Source of the DNA: Phoronis australis
Taxonomy: Eukaryota; Animalia; Phoronida
Length of the DNA stretch: 64,000 nucleotides
Direction of reading: 5' to 3'
Assembly: GCA_002633005.1 (NCBI GenBank)
Contig: NMRA01000352.1
Coordinates: 62,001 to 126,000, forward strand
Both the position numbers and the translations under genes were made by a program. Shown piece after piece: positions 52,201-61,344 of this stretch; the stretch's first letter is position 1, and every line of letters starts with the position of its first letter. The notes beneath the pieces are model-generated. The model saw nothing but the letters and a program-made list of their open reading frames with translations, was not told the DNA's origin and searched no databases.

Positions 52201-53807
52201 AAGCTCAAGAAAAAATTTCCTAAGTATCATGTGAGTTTGATGTCATCATACATGATTTGTTTTGTAATCTGTGCGTCATGCAGATGTTATCTGTGTAATA
52301 ATATCTAAAGAGTTTCTGAACAAGTTCAATATTAATGCTTATAATCTGTAAGGGCCCTGTCGCACCAAACTCTGTCTCTCAGCATTCGAGCACGTCTTAA
52401 CATCTTGATCAGACAATGCCCTGGGGCCGCGTGTAATTTTAAACAAAAGGCATGCCTTAATTGTGACATCACGCATGGGCTTCCTACGCAGGTTGTACAA
52501 AACTTTCAAATCACTTTTTACTCGCTTTGTTTCAAGATTTTACTGAGAACTTGTTGAACTTATGCTAGTGTCCAATACTAAATTGTTGGCGTTGTTTGAG
52601 TTCTGCTCACTTATGATAGTGCTAAGTATCATGGACGATAATGTTATTGCATGTGAATAACACTAAGCTATTATATTTCAGATGCCACCTCTAGTGAGAC
52701 ATGGTATTAACTTGACACCACTATCGAGTATTCCTGGAGCAAGGGTTGACGAATACTTGGGCAATCTCAACTTTTTCTACATTCGAGAGACGACCTCACT
52801 TAGAGAGGTGTGTGTGTGTGTGTTCATATGAGTTGTAACTCAAAATTCCTGGAACTGGTGTTGTTTTGAAGTACATTAAATGCCTGTAAGGCAACTTTTA
52901 TATTATGGTAGATATAAAAACTGTTAGAACTTATAGTTTATTATATATTTTCTATTCGATATATACCGTAGTGTATATTAGAAAAAGTTGTACATTCACA
53001 AAGCTCTGCTAGTAAAGAAAATGTATCTTACAGCTACTCTGTTGTTCATGTTATGTGAGTCATTAGTTGTTACTATTCTGCTTATTGTTCCTAGAATGGA
53101 GGCTTGTCAGGGTTTGTTCAGAACTTCATCGCAGAGGTGCAGGCCATCGTTAGATCTCATGTGGCGGCGCTCGGTGGCAATGCTATGGTCTCATACCGAA
53201 TGACAGAATGTGTGCTAATTGACAACATCTACAAAAACCAGGTACTAGCCGAATATATTAACTTTTTAAAATTCTGTATTCTTGCTTGTAAGAGTTTAAG
53301 ATCTTTTAAATCTATGAATAGTCCATTGAATGGATTGAACATTATGAGAACTGATCAATAAGTTAATGAAAGATTTGGTTTCACAGAGCATTTAATAAAG
53401 TTGCTCAATCTTACAACAAAAAGTGTTGGATCTGGTCTGTGTTTTCTAAACAGTCATGTGATGATGTGATATTTTTGGGGATCTTTTTTTTTTCCCAGCG
53501 CCTTGTGATGCTACGAGTCATAACTGCTGTATAGTTTCTTTTCAAAAACAAAAATTCCTATCCAGTCATCTCAAATCTCATGGCGTACGAACTTATGCAT
53601 TAGGAAGACTGTACATCACTGTCTCAACAGGGCCAGTGTTTGATCAATGTCTGTGGAGATGCTACTCAAGTGACCTACAACTTGCCTCAAAACATGACTC
53701 CCCCTGGTGGTAGTGCTTCCAAAAGGTGGAGCGGGTCACCTCAGCAGCGAGCTGACACTGTGAAGACAGAACTGTTCCCGGGAAAGAAGATGCAGACAGA
53801 AGTATAG
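13119..53807 (+). CDS. C2CD5: C2 calcium-dependent domain-containing protein 5 (C2CD5/KIAA0528/CDP138) orthologue, 28 coding exons
   Basis: Spliced translation MPAKVKVRILSARDLPVMDRASDLTDAFVE..SLNPQWNSEWFRFEVDDEDLQDE..GFVEELVVNDDPEHQWIDKIRT..QCFDLEGESGIVVRGIGTA..EPETRDAWW..LPFMEYELH..YLGNLNFFYIRETTSLRE..GQCLINVCGDA matches recalled vertebrate C2CD5; exons sum to 3486 nt with all phases consistent; TAG at 53805-53807. Confidence 0.96.
13547..13674 (+). CDS. C2CD5: C2CD5 coding exon 2
   Basis: VRLGRFIHRTDVCRKSLNPQWNSEWFRFEVDDEDLQDEVVQI. Confidence 0.93.
14107..14237 (+). CDS. C2CD5: C2CD5 coding exon 3
   Basis: VFDHDTYSAHDAIGKVYINLNPLL..SGWFPIFDTMH. Confidence 0.95.
15903..15998 (+). CDS. C2CD5: C2CD5 coding exon 4
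   Basis: VRGEINVIVKLELFSDVNRYKQSSCGLQFFH. Confidence 0.95.
16514..16669 (+). CDS. C2CD5: C2CD5 coding exon 5
   Basis: YGFVEELVVNDDPEHQWIDKIRTSRTSNEARQRLFSKLS. Confidence 0.95.
17195..17255 (+). CDS. C2CD5: C2CD5 coding exon 6
   Basis: ELIRKIGIKVLDMGGNSVVG. Confidence 0.95.
17846..17965 (+). CDS. C2CD5: C2CD5 coding exon 7
   Basis: YSQCFDLEGESGIVVRGIGTAVAL. Confidence 0.95.
18720..18749 (+). CDS. C2CD5: Candidate 30-nt C2CD5 microexon
   Basis: CTAAC branch point at 18691, CAG acceptor, LRIVRSPSS, GTAGGC donor; phase 2-2 like its neighbours. Confidence 0.45.
19089..19666 (+). CDS. C2CD5: C2CD5 coding exon 8 (Ser/Pro-rich; alternative start at 19527)
   Basis: Stop-free frame ending RRNSDSELSTTPK(G); two in-phase TTTCAG acceptors. 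Confidence 0.8.
23102..23202 (+). CDS. C2CD5: C2CD5 coding exon 9
   Basis: GSSLAGSSGSGSGSASRP..HIETM. Confidence 0.85.
23614..23722 (+). CDS. C2CD5: C2CD5 coding exon 10
   Basis: DFPFFTL..HLGGVVSARSVKLLSRIHNP. Confidence 0.95.
24182..24683. mobile_element. MITE with AGGGCTTGGAAT terminal inverted repeats
   Basis: agggcttggaat / attccaagccct; atatta direct repeat on both flanks. Confidence 0.8.
24692..26321. mobile_element. Internally deleted Kolobok-type DNA transposon
   Basis: TTAA on both sides (24688-24691, 26322-26325); 15-bp TIR aggagactgccaccc/gggtggcattctcct (14/15 match); THAP remnant inside. Confidence 0.85.
25944..26143 (-). pseudogene. THAP zinc-finger remnant within the Kolobok element
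   Basis: RCIIPACPNY..ISFF/RLPREPEMLRKWLAVVK..LRVCGRHFVDSDF*; frameshift in a T8 run. Confidence 0.8.
26915..27029 (+). CDS. C2CD5: C2CD5 coding exon 11
   Basis: EEPETRDAWWTELRTEIRSHARAMGCHAVIGYEEQTSI. Confidence 0.95.
27357..27372. promoter_or_regulatory. CTCF-like motif
   Basis: gctgccctctagtggc, reverse complement of CCACTAGAGGGCAG. Confidence 0.4.
28132..28362 (+). CDS. C2CD5: C2CD5 coding exon 12
   Basis: DEVIILSAHGTAATLNL..; GTGAGT donor. Confidence 0.9.
28811..28915 (+). CDS. C2CD5: C2CD5 coding exon 13
   Basis: CEPCHIPYSDKSTPFPVNLSKCLVC. Confidence 0.93.
29530..29769 (-). pseudogene. THAP-like N-terminal fragment of a DNA transposon
   Basis: MPTKYYCRAVGCNY..DFLRLP (C-x4-C then F-x-x-LP); C-terminal CxxH missing. 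Confidence 0.45.
30188..30277 (+). CDS. C2CD5: C2CD5 coding exon 14
   Basis: KHKVPDVLFTTVNIP..GTGCLVQA. Confidence 0.93.
30641..30701 (+). CDS. C2CD5: C2CD5 coding exon 15
   Basis: ICRPKRDMKNDEANAKEISD. Confidence 0.93.
31300..31428 (+). CDS. C2CD5: C2CD5 coding exon 16
   Basis: SLPFMEYELHQQLLNRLKVKAMNALFGLEIQ. Confidence 0.95.
31795..31857 (+). CDS. C2CD5: C2CD5 coding exon 17
   Basis: TGTGVYLPAMAVPEAPKISGK. Confidence 0.92.
33395..33487 (+). CDS. C2CD5: C2CD5 coding exon 18
   Basis: ANATNNQRVQALQKQVSDLMLQNKITHELNW; strong splice sites, phase 0-0. Confidence 0.85.
34798..35208 (-). CDS. Ankyrin gene last exon (capping helix and charged tail)
   Basis: cctttccAG acceptor, IGKVAEYYAKTERIKKLF..RLSVYDRLAGKK*. 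Confidence 0.8.
   Translation of the reverse strand: MGKVAEYYAKTERIKKLFRHEESNNMTPDDTGLITDKSDSAITNNQALHDRGTTVESPSEGADDINVGGKNESEELNKESRESGENLRERGPRKKFVPPKIERNGLKKIVDAKFEFSEEHKQRMRLSVYDRLAGKK
34798..42827 (-). CDS. Nested antisense gene: ankyrin-repeat protein, ~284 aa
   Basis: Exons 42827-42813 (MIYDQ, tentative), 40076-39948, 39286-39188, 38878-38780, 36741-36640, 35208-34798; all phase 0, GT-AG, no stops; three G-x-TALHL ankyrin motifs. Confidence 0.85.
36268..36573. mobile_element. Tc1/mariner-type MITE
   Basis: TA followed by cagggtgtcccaaa; right end tttgaaacaccctg. Confidence 0.65.
36640..36741 (-). CDS. Ankyrin gene exon (one repeat)
   Basis: ASGMTALHLATINSEADVIQYLLKNEADQMLQDS. Confidence 0.9.
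37228..37470. mobile_element. Second AGGGCTTGGAA-TIR MITE
   Basis: cagggcttggaa / ttccaagccct; tggtct direct repeat on both flanks; interior largely differs from the 24182 copy. Confidence 0.75.
37505..37995. repeat. Dispersed repeat, copy A (copy B at 47945-48318)
   Basis: Shared blocks: tagattttaactc, ttagcaaaaa..gaaaggt..atagcaaa, tttatttgatat, gtatctgaaag.ttcatatga, ccattttatagggg. Confidence 0.7.
38582..38626 (-). repeat. tRNA-derived 3' half (B-box), SINE or tRNA pseudogene fragment
   Basis: ccagaaggtcctggGTTCGAGTCCcggttgggg then T-run; no D-arm or anticodon arm. Confidence 0.55.
38780..38878 (-). CDS. Ankyrin gene exon (99 nt, one repeat)
   Basis: NGQTALHLSAGRGFLPVVTQLVEASCDINLTTK. 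Confidence 0.92.
39188..39286 (-). CDS. Ankyrin gene exon (99 nt, one repeat)
   Basis: HGQTALHLAAYNGHEEITRTLIQNNIDLDTQNK. Confidence 0.92.
39948..40076 (-). CDS. Ankyrin gene exon (N-terminal cap repeat)
   Basis: YSVSGVSDLSHDEALFLAAVSIMDEDKMSELIDKGVNVSCRHP. Confidence 0.85.
40945..42047. repeat. ~450-bp direct duplication (40945-41397 / 41581-42047) around n at 41580
   Basis: Near-identical copies; copy 1 runs into a cagggccc.. insertion with tactca repeats (41394-41579) that copy 2 lacks. Confidence 0.9.
41600..41800. mobile_element. Penelope-like element remnant (minimal hammerhead on -, GIY-YIG tail-like peptide on +)
   Basis: - strand CTGAAGA-tagttca-agac-tgaacc-GAAA-tgttgg; + strand NTTT*DYTEKHESNVSQFLETIQI*. 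Confidence 0.5.
46357..46464 (+). CDS. C2CD5: C2CD5 coding exon 19
   Basis: ..SEDSEDDERLDLDLSADNKDTFVLE. Confidence 0.92.
47688..47810 (+). CDS. C2CD5: C2CD5 coding exon 20
   Basis: IDDSEDEAGV..PPGFYACTTDDMPG. Confidence 0.93.
47945..48318. repeat. Dispersed repeat, copy B
   Basis: Colinear similarity to 37505-37995. Confidence 0.7.
48355..48435 (+). CDS. C2CD5: C2CD5 coding exon 21
   Basis: MLTSVWQGEINLKTSQEVSTIFNNIFK. Confidence 0.88.
48879..48968 (+). CDS. C2CD5: C2CD5 coding exon 22
   Basis: GLFFHARSLVPCCLCKMSYKVDL. Confidence 0.9.
49869..49932 (+). CDS. C2CD5: C2CD5 coding exon 23
   Basis: ISTCAMVAGLGEPARLLQRYQ. Confidence 0.8.
50876..50944 (+). CDS. C2CD5: C2CD5 coding exon 24
   Basis: GDQPSEELLFHMEDESEPALQE; GTAAGT donor. 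Confidence 0.85.
50906..52400. repeat. ~540-bp direct duplication (50906-51437 / 51849-52400) around n at 51848
   Basis: Near-identical copies including exonic sequence; copy 1 diverges after TTAA into an insertion (51438-51847). Confidence 0.9.
51224..51267 (+). CDS. C2CD5: C2CD5 coding exon 25 (second copy at 52187-52230)
   Basis: VSKSQKLKKKFPKYH; phase 1 to 0, needed to keep the frame. Confidence 0.8.
52682..52807 (+). CDS. C2CD5: C2CD5 coding exon 26
   Basis: GINLTPLSSIPGARVDEYLGNLNFFYIRETTSLRE. Confidence 0.95.
53095..53241 (+). CDS. C2CD5: C2CD5 coding exon 27
   Basis: NGGLSGFVQNFIAEVQAIVRSHVAALGGNAMVSY..KNQ. Confidence 0.95.
53631..53807 (+). CDS. C2CD5: C2CD5 final coding exon
   Basis: GQCLINVCGDATQV..QTEV*. 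Confidence 0.93.
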   Translation, partial: GQCLINVCGDATQVTYNLPQNMTPPGGSASKRWSGSPQQRADTVKTELFPGKKMQTEV

Positions 53808-53837
53808 AGGGTGTGGTGTAACACTTTATTTTGTGAA

Positions 53838-53919
53838 GACCTGTCATGTTGCTAGGACACCGACATGTGACGTTGGCAGACCTGTCATGTTGCTAGGACA
53901 CAGACATGTGACATTGGCA
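53838..53919. repeat. 41-bp tandem duplication in the C2CD5 3' UTR
   Basis: gacctgtcatgttgctaggacac(c/a)gacatgtgac(g/a)ttggca twice. Confidence 0.9.
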
Positions 53920-54599
53920 CTGTTTGTTACATAGCTGTGGCATCTCATTTTTTTCTGAAATGATTTGTCTTGAATGTGCAATAGCAAGTGTATTTATTGT
54001 GCAGGAAGCAAGCACTGGAAGAGAATAGCAGCCAAGCTGCCAACTTTCTATCCAAGCTGTTGCAAGCCATGTTCTAGTTTTACAAAAGAAACATTGATTA
54101 AATGGAGTTGTCTCAAAAACTTACTCCATCCAGTCTGTTCTTGAAATTTAAAATGATCAACTTGGTCACATGACAAAATCAATGGAACTAAGATTTGCAT
54201 AAAATCAAAAATCAAATTTTGAAGGATTTCTACTTTCAGAAAATACATGCTTTTTATCGAGTTAAATTCAATGATTTTGTAGATATTTGGGTAAATGCAA
54301 AGACTTTTCTATTAGGTCTCAAATAACCTTTAAGAATTCAAGCACACGCAAACAGTGAAAATGCAAGATATTTTCTTAATTTTATTTGATAATTGTGACC
54401 TTTTTATCCACACACTAGATATGAAAGCAAAATATGTGATGTACCTTGGTCAGTAAGCATCTCAGTCATAGTCATTTTTGAGTGAAGTTTTACAACTCTC
54501 TTAACCTACTTTTGTATAACCATTCGGTAATATTTTGTTGTTAAAAATAATTTTCTCACGAAAACTAAAACCATAAATTTCACCGCAAATTTTAATGAA

Positions 54600-56328
54600 C
54601 GATAATTCGAAACAAATTCTTCGATTGACGTTGAAATCAGTCCTACTTATCAATTCCACAAACATGTATTCACAAAGTTCTGTGATCTAACTTTCTTGAA
54701 AGATGAGTGCCTGCTGTTATGCGAGTGTTCTCACCCTGATTTCCACTCCACTTTACTCTGTTAAGTTAACATCTCTTAACATATTGTTGATTTCGCCAGC
54801 TGATGGGCGGGTCATCAGAGAAGAATGAGGTCACCTCCTTTACCGATTGCTTTCTTTGAAACGAATCATGCATGTATTCTGACGGGCCAGGTAAATCTGT
54901 CTATCTTTTCAATTAAACGTATTTCTTTCTAGGAACATCCTCTTGACATTACTGCCTAATTCTTTTAGTTTTACTATTTTTCCAAAATTAATGCAGAATG
55001 TTCTTCTCCTGATAACAGTGTAGAATGACTTGATGAGCATTGTTGAGGCAACAAGTAGCCCCTTGGCTGGCTATACAGAGGTTAAAGTCCTCCCCATCAC
55101 TTTCTGTACTATTCTCATCCCGTGTATTTTAAACCATAATCAACTTACCAGTTTTCGCCTTGTTAAAACTACACTTTACATTATCTCTGAAAAAGTTCTT
55201 ACTGCCTCCAGCGATCCATTCTGGTTCCTTACATATCCTCGATGTGGCATGTCTATGGGAATTAAGATGTCTTTGGCAAAGAATTCAAACTCCACTTTTT
55301 TGGTCGCTGTATACTTTTTCTCACCCACAACATCCATAATGACGTCACAGGAATTAAGCCACAGGAGTTAGGCCACAGGAGGCTGAACGGAACACATGAT
55401 CTGGTGACTGAATCTTGTAGCATGGGAGGATGTTCATAATGGGCGTACTTTCTGTCGCATGGACTTCGATTCCATTGCGTTGCCAATTTAAGAAAAATCC
55501 TGTCGGGGGTTCTTCATTTTGATGTCATGTTCGAACTTAGGTTAGGCACGTTATTCCCGAGAATGATGTTTAATAGTCGATCATTCTTGTATTCTGAAAG
55601 CAATTAAAACAACAAGATCTCGTTTAGTGGACTCCAACAGTGTAATTGCCGTGATTCAAAAGCTATTGAGTTACTTCTTTGTAAATGCAAGTCTTTGCGT
55701 TGGCAATTCCATTGTACAACAAATGTGTTCAATAGTAAACACTGAACTGCTACCATGATTATATACAATTCCTAATTTTGGGGCAGTCTCTACGGGGATG
55801 TCCATGGGTACCAAACTACACAGTGCTTGAGAAAAATAAATTACTGAATGTACATGTAAAATAAAATAAAATTTGATTATTCTTTACCTGTAACAAACTT
55901 CATCACTTCAGCACTTTCCTTGCCTCGCAATTCCTGTGGTGACCTGAAAGACAAACAATCTCTCAAAATCTTTCTCTACTCCTCTGACCAGTCCGCTAAG
56001 GCGCTGTGTGTACTCCTTCAAGTGCTGACTGTACTCTGTGCATAATGCCCCTAAAGTAAAGCAGACAACTGCCCTACATAATAATACTGTTGTAAATTGG
56101 CCCAAATTTTCCTTGTTTTTCCTTCCAGTCGAAGTGCATTGACCCTCTCACACTATCAAATTCGAAACTGATTTTCATCGTTATTATGTAATAGTTACCA
56201 AGTAGCGAGCCTCCTGCCAACAACTGCTTTCTTACTACTGAGTTTGATGAATGCAAGATAGTCTATTTACCAGGTCTTCCCATCGGCACCCTCGATTAAG
56301 TGCGATTCAGTCACTATTGAATGAACCC
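54600..56328 (-). pseudogene. Possible decayed spliced gene of unknown family
   Basis: Phase-compatible small exons ~56328-56271 (VHSIVTESHLIEGADGKTW) and ~55942-55887 (SPQELRGKESAEVMKFVT), then an acceptor at 55593 into coding-like sequence with stops and frameshifts. Confidence 0.3.
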
Positions 56329-56554
56329 TGAAAATCTTTGCGGAACAAGAAAACATAAACTTTTATTAGGTATTGATGTGATGTTATTGATTATTATAAC
56401 AAGATCTCAGAATTAAGCATGGTTTCGTCACTGACTTCAGTGTTACTTTGGAGAATAGACATTTACCTCAAGTGAGTGAAAGCGCACTTGGTCGGCTACC
56501 TTGATGTCAGTAGCAATGACATTCGCAGAGTGAGAAATTGGGAACCTGCATCAC

Positions 56555-59500
56555 CTGTGGCTGTTGACATTCGCTGTCAAACTTATATAATGCGTGATCG
56601 TATTATTATTAGGATACTGCAAACAATGCAAACATTATAGAATAAGATTTTTATTAGATACGTATGTGGTATGTTACTGATAATTAGAACAAGATCTTGG
56701 AGCTAAGCAAGGTAGCTGTCATCAGGTCATAGACATTTAAAAGTCGTATGAGTTTTTGATCCAATAAGAGAAATATTTGAGACCATTTTCATATAAAGCA
56801 ATGCTTATATAGGTTGTATGCAAGGCATTTAAAGTGACACGTTCCAGTTAAGCCAGTGGCTTGTTGTGACGCACACGAAATGCATATACTCAGACAACGC
56901 ATTTTATGTAATTCTAGGACGTTAAATATCAAGTAGCAGTATTTGTTTTTTACCATTTTCAAAGATCAATAGCTTACGATGGTGTAAGGATATTTTGGCG
57001 TCTTCTGTGGCTGTTAACATTTACAGGATCAGAAACAAAGAAATTGACCGTGAACTGTTACGAGAGCAATAAGGGAGAATGTATATTTTCACTCGATAAG
57101 TTCAACAATAATGGCTTAAAGACAGTGTCATGGTCATTCAAGATAGAAAGTATAGTTTTAAGATTATGTATCAATTAAGTTAAAGTACCTAATATAAGTA
57201 TTTGATCAAGTAAAGAAATTATTTGAGTCCAATTTCCTATAATGCAATGCTTATATAAGTTGCTAACAAGACATTTAAAACGACACGTTCCAGTTAAACT
57301 CGTTGTGTGTTCCGACGCGCAACAAATTGCGCACAGTTTAACAAACACATTTTATGTAACATAATGGCATAGGTCAAATAGCAGAATTATTTTTTTAACT
57401 TTTTTTATAATTGTCATCTCAGTACTTGATCCAATCTTAATAGTAGCTTAAGATGGTGTAGAGATATTTTGGCGTATCCTGGGGCTGTTGACATTCGCAG
57501 GATCAGAAACAGAAAATTGATCGCGAACTGTTACAAGAACAATATGCAAGAATGCATCTTTTCATTCGATATGTTCAACAATAATGGTCTAAAGACAGCC
57601 TCATGGTCACCCATGATAGAAAGTATATTTTTCAAGAAATTGTAATAATATAAGACAAGCACGTTGATATAAAATTACGAGGATCAGAAACAGAAACATT
57701 GTTCATATAACGTAATAGACCTTTCTTTACATTACCTCATGAATATTAAGAGAAAATCCAAAATGAGGCTTATACTGATCAACTACTTCATGCAGCCCTC
57801 TGTGCTGGATGATCGACGGTGACCTTATACTTGTTCCAAACACACATGTTACATTTAGCTTTGTTGAGTCTTATTGTAAAAAGTCTTCATAGTCATCTAG
57901 CAAGAATAATATGTCCAAAGGGTACAAGTACTTCAGTGAAAGTCACATAAGTTCAGTAAGAAGTGAACAATTTTACAGGCTGCATAAACATTCCTCAGTT
58001 GTTGTTGAGGCTGGTCAGGCATAGTACAGTCTATTTCACTGGATTTTTTGTTTCCCAAGATGAATTCAAAGATAATAACGAGTGGTAGGAAAACTGGATA
58101 AATTATGGTTAAAACATTTAGTGCTATCAATTTATTTGTAAAGTCATTAGATTATTTCGTCAGTCATTTATTCAAGTGTTTGGGACATGGATTGAACATG
58201 GTGTCTCTTATTTACCCGTGTTTTCAACTTATCCACAGTGGTCTCTTGTTTTTTATATCTGGATAAAAACTGTAAACTAAGACTTCAATAATGTTTAACG
58301 CCTGAAGCACAAGGTGGGTCATTTTTTCTTCAAGTTCTATCTTTTGCTTGATTATGCTGGAAACTGACTTGGACATATTTGACAGTGACGCTGTCACTGG
58401 CCCTGACCAAGTTATTCTAGTTGAAAACTTACATGGCCATCAAAAAATGTAGTCACTGTTATGAGCCAAATGTGCATTCTAATATGCTGATAAAAATAAA
58501 AAACAGCCTCATGATCACCCATGATAGAAAGTATATTTTTCAAGAAATTGTATCAAGTAAGTTTTGTAATATTTGTATTTGTTCCAGTAAGGGAAATATT
58601 TGAGACCATTTTCATATAGTGCAATGCCTATATAGGTTGTATACATTTAAAGCAACATGTTCCGGTTAAGGTAGTGGCGTGTTCTGACGCACAACAAAAT
58701 ACATAAACTTTGACAACGCATTTTAAGCAACACTAAGACATTAAATATCAACTAGCAGTATTCGTTTTTTACTTTTCTTCTACGATCGTCATTTCAGTAC
58801 TTAATCTTATCTTTATAGTAGCTTAAGAAAGTATAAGGATATGTTAGCATCTTCTGTGACTGTTGACATTCGCAGGATCAGAAACAAAGTAATTGATCGT
58901 GAACTGTTAAGAGAACAATAAGCGATAATACATCTTTTCTGTCCATAAGTTCAACAATGATGGTCTAGAAGCAGTCTTAAAGTCAGCCAAGACAGAAAGT
59001 ATATTTTTTAAGTATTGTATTAATTGAGTTCAAGTACTGTTATATAAGTATTTGATCCAGTAAGGGAAATATTTGAAACCAATTTCATATAATGCAATGC
59101 TTATATAGATTGCATGCATATGGGATGCATGCAAGACATTAAAAGTGACACGTTCTGGCAAAGCTAGTTGCATGTTTTGACATAGAACAAATTGCGTATA
59201 GTTTAAACGGAAACCTCTCCGTCATATACATTATGCAGTGTAAGGTATGATATTTACAGCTATCTTACTTTAGATAGGATATTTGCAAACGTTTTGCTAG
59301 TTAACCATAAACATTGACAATCCTTAATATTGATAACACAACAAGATTACGGAGATATGCATGATAGCTGTGGTTAGATCATAGTTATTCAAAAGCCGAT
59401 CGATGTGCAAAAATATAAGAACAAACACAAAGAAGTAAACCTAGAGAAATGGAAAAGGTCACCAGAGGTGTTATATATGTATTTATCCATCTGAGTGCTA

Positions 59501-61335
59501 CGGATAGGACGAAGAACTGGGGATTCAAGTTTGTTGAGTACGAGAGTCACAGGCCAGCCGCCATGGCGAAAGGGAAATTGATCCCTGGCAGGATTCAGCT
59601 GTGAGGTCACCAAATCGCCGTGGACTGGACTGAACCTTAGCAAGAGGGTGCCGAACCCGAGCAAGAGATGGATGAAGACATGAACTTTTGTTAGAATTAA
59701 TGTCCTATTAGACATGAAAGAAGAAACTGGATAAGGAGAATGCTTTCACCATGCGAGAGCTACATACAAAATTTTCCACACCACAGCAAATGTATACAGA
59801 AAAATATGGAAAGGAATTATAAAGAAAATTTCAAGCTCAGAGCAGGGCTCACGACTAAGAGACAGAAATTAAAGGCAAGACATAATGAAACGGAAACAAT
59901 GTTAGGTTTCATAAATGCAAAGGCAGTGCCTGAAAGATTAGAAGAGCGAAGGAGTCTTTCTTTAAGATCGTCCAAAAATGATCAGCTTTCGCAACTCGCC
60001 AAAGACAGAAAAGTTTCACAAGTCAAGCTGAGATTAGCCAAATGGCATTTGTGATCCCAATTTCATAATGTCATAATGCAATACTTATATAGTGTACATG
60101 TAACACCTTTAAAGCGACACATTCCGGTAAAGCTACTTGCGAGATCTTCCACAAAGAAAATGAAGGAGGTTTCGTAAATGGAGAGAAAGTGCCTGAAAGA
60201 TTAGAAAAACGAAGGAGTCTATCTTTAGGATCGTCCTTTCCGAACATTAGAACGTACACTTCTCGAGGTAGACGTAAATTTCATGAAAGGTACAAATGAA
60301 AAAGGTTTTCAAGGAATACCAAAATTTCTAGGATATCAATTTCATAATATCATTGTGCAATGCATATACAGCTTGCATGCAAGACCTTTAAAGTGACACT
60401 CTCCGGTGAAGCTTAATGTGAGATCTTCCACATCGTAGAAGATGAAGGTTTCGTAAATGGAAAAGAAGTTTTGAAAAATCAGTCCTGCTTTGAATTGTCC
60501 AGTGTCCAATCTTAAGAGTGTACCATGCCCGATTTGTCGAGCAAGTGACGCATATCTAATAGCTTGTGCAACTAGTTATTTCCAAGAAAACGAGTGAGCT
60601 TTAAAATAAGCCATGCCTTCAAAATCAAGAGATTAATGCAGGATACATTTTGCATGATGAATGGTATTTAACAGTAGTCACACATAATATGTTCATGTAG
60701 CAATCTTCTTGTCTCTGATTGCAATGAGTGTCAAAATGTGATTATGATCACAGATATACAGGTGTCTTATGTGTTCGGCTAGTGGCTAAAATGCGCACTC
60801 TCTCAAGTATGGCCCGCTGACGTGCCACAAAGAGCCCACTTGATGTTCCAAGATGGGAAGGAATAGCATGGGAAAATGATTTTACCCGCACAGAGATTCA
60901 AATATAGCAGTTTAATGGAGACATCAATTTTTATAAAAAGTATTGTTTAAAATTGGTGATTTAATACTACAAATTTACTTTGTTTGATGTGAAAGAAAAT
61001 GATGACTGATACGCAATTACCACAGGAGCGAAACTTTCTGTAATCGCTTAAAAATACTCATTCGCAAGATCAGAAGCAAGAAAATTGATTGCGAACTGTT
61101 ACGCAAAAAATAAACGATAATGTATCTTTTCACTCAATAAGTTCAAAAATAATGGTCTAAAGACAGCCTCATGGTCATTAAGATAGAAAGTATTTTTTCA
61201 AGAAATTATATCAATAAGTTTAAGTACCGTAATATGAGTATATGATCAAGTAAGGGAAATATTTGAGACCAATTTCCTATAATGCAATGCCTATATAGGT
61301 TGCATGCAAGACAATTAAAGCGACACATTCTGGAA
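56555..61335. repeat. Degenerate array of a ~470-bp unit with interruptions
   Basis: Recurring ctgttgacattcgcaggatcagaaac-like block (~56561, 57010, 57485, 58860, 61060) and gaaatatttgagacc..atgcaatgcttatataggttg block (~56770, 57214, 58592, 59064, 61255). Confidence 0.8.
59363..59685 (+). pseudogene. RRM2 fragment of an RBM46/RBM47/A1CF-family gene
   Basis: ..[65 protein letters not shown] vs recalled family consensus [41 protein letters not shown]; stops at 59602 and 59638. Confidence 0.85.
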
Positions 61336-61344
61336 ATTGACATT

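Noticed and set aside
52187-52230. Mutually exclusive duplicate exon
   Set aside because: Same peptide, flanking introns nearly identical, separated by a contig junction; most likely allelic
56555-61335. CRISPR-like repeat-spacer array
   Set aside because: Units are hundreds of bp and diverged, the context is eukaryotic, and there are no cas genes
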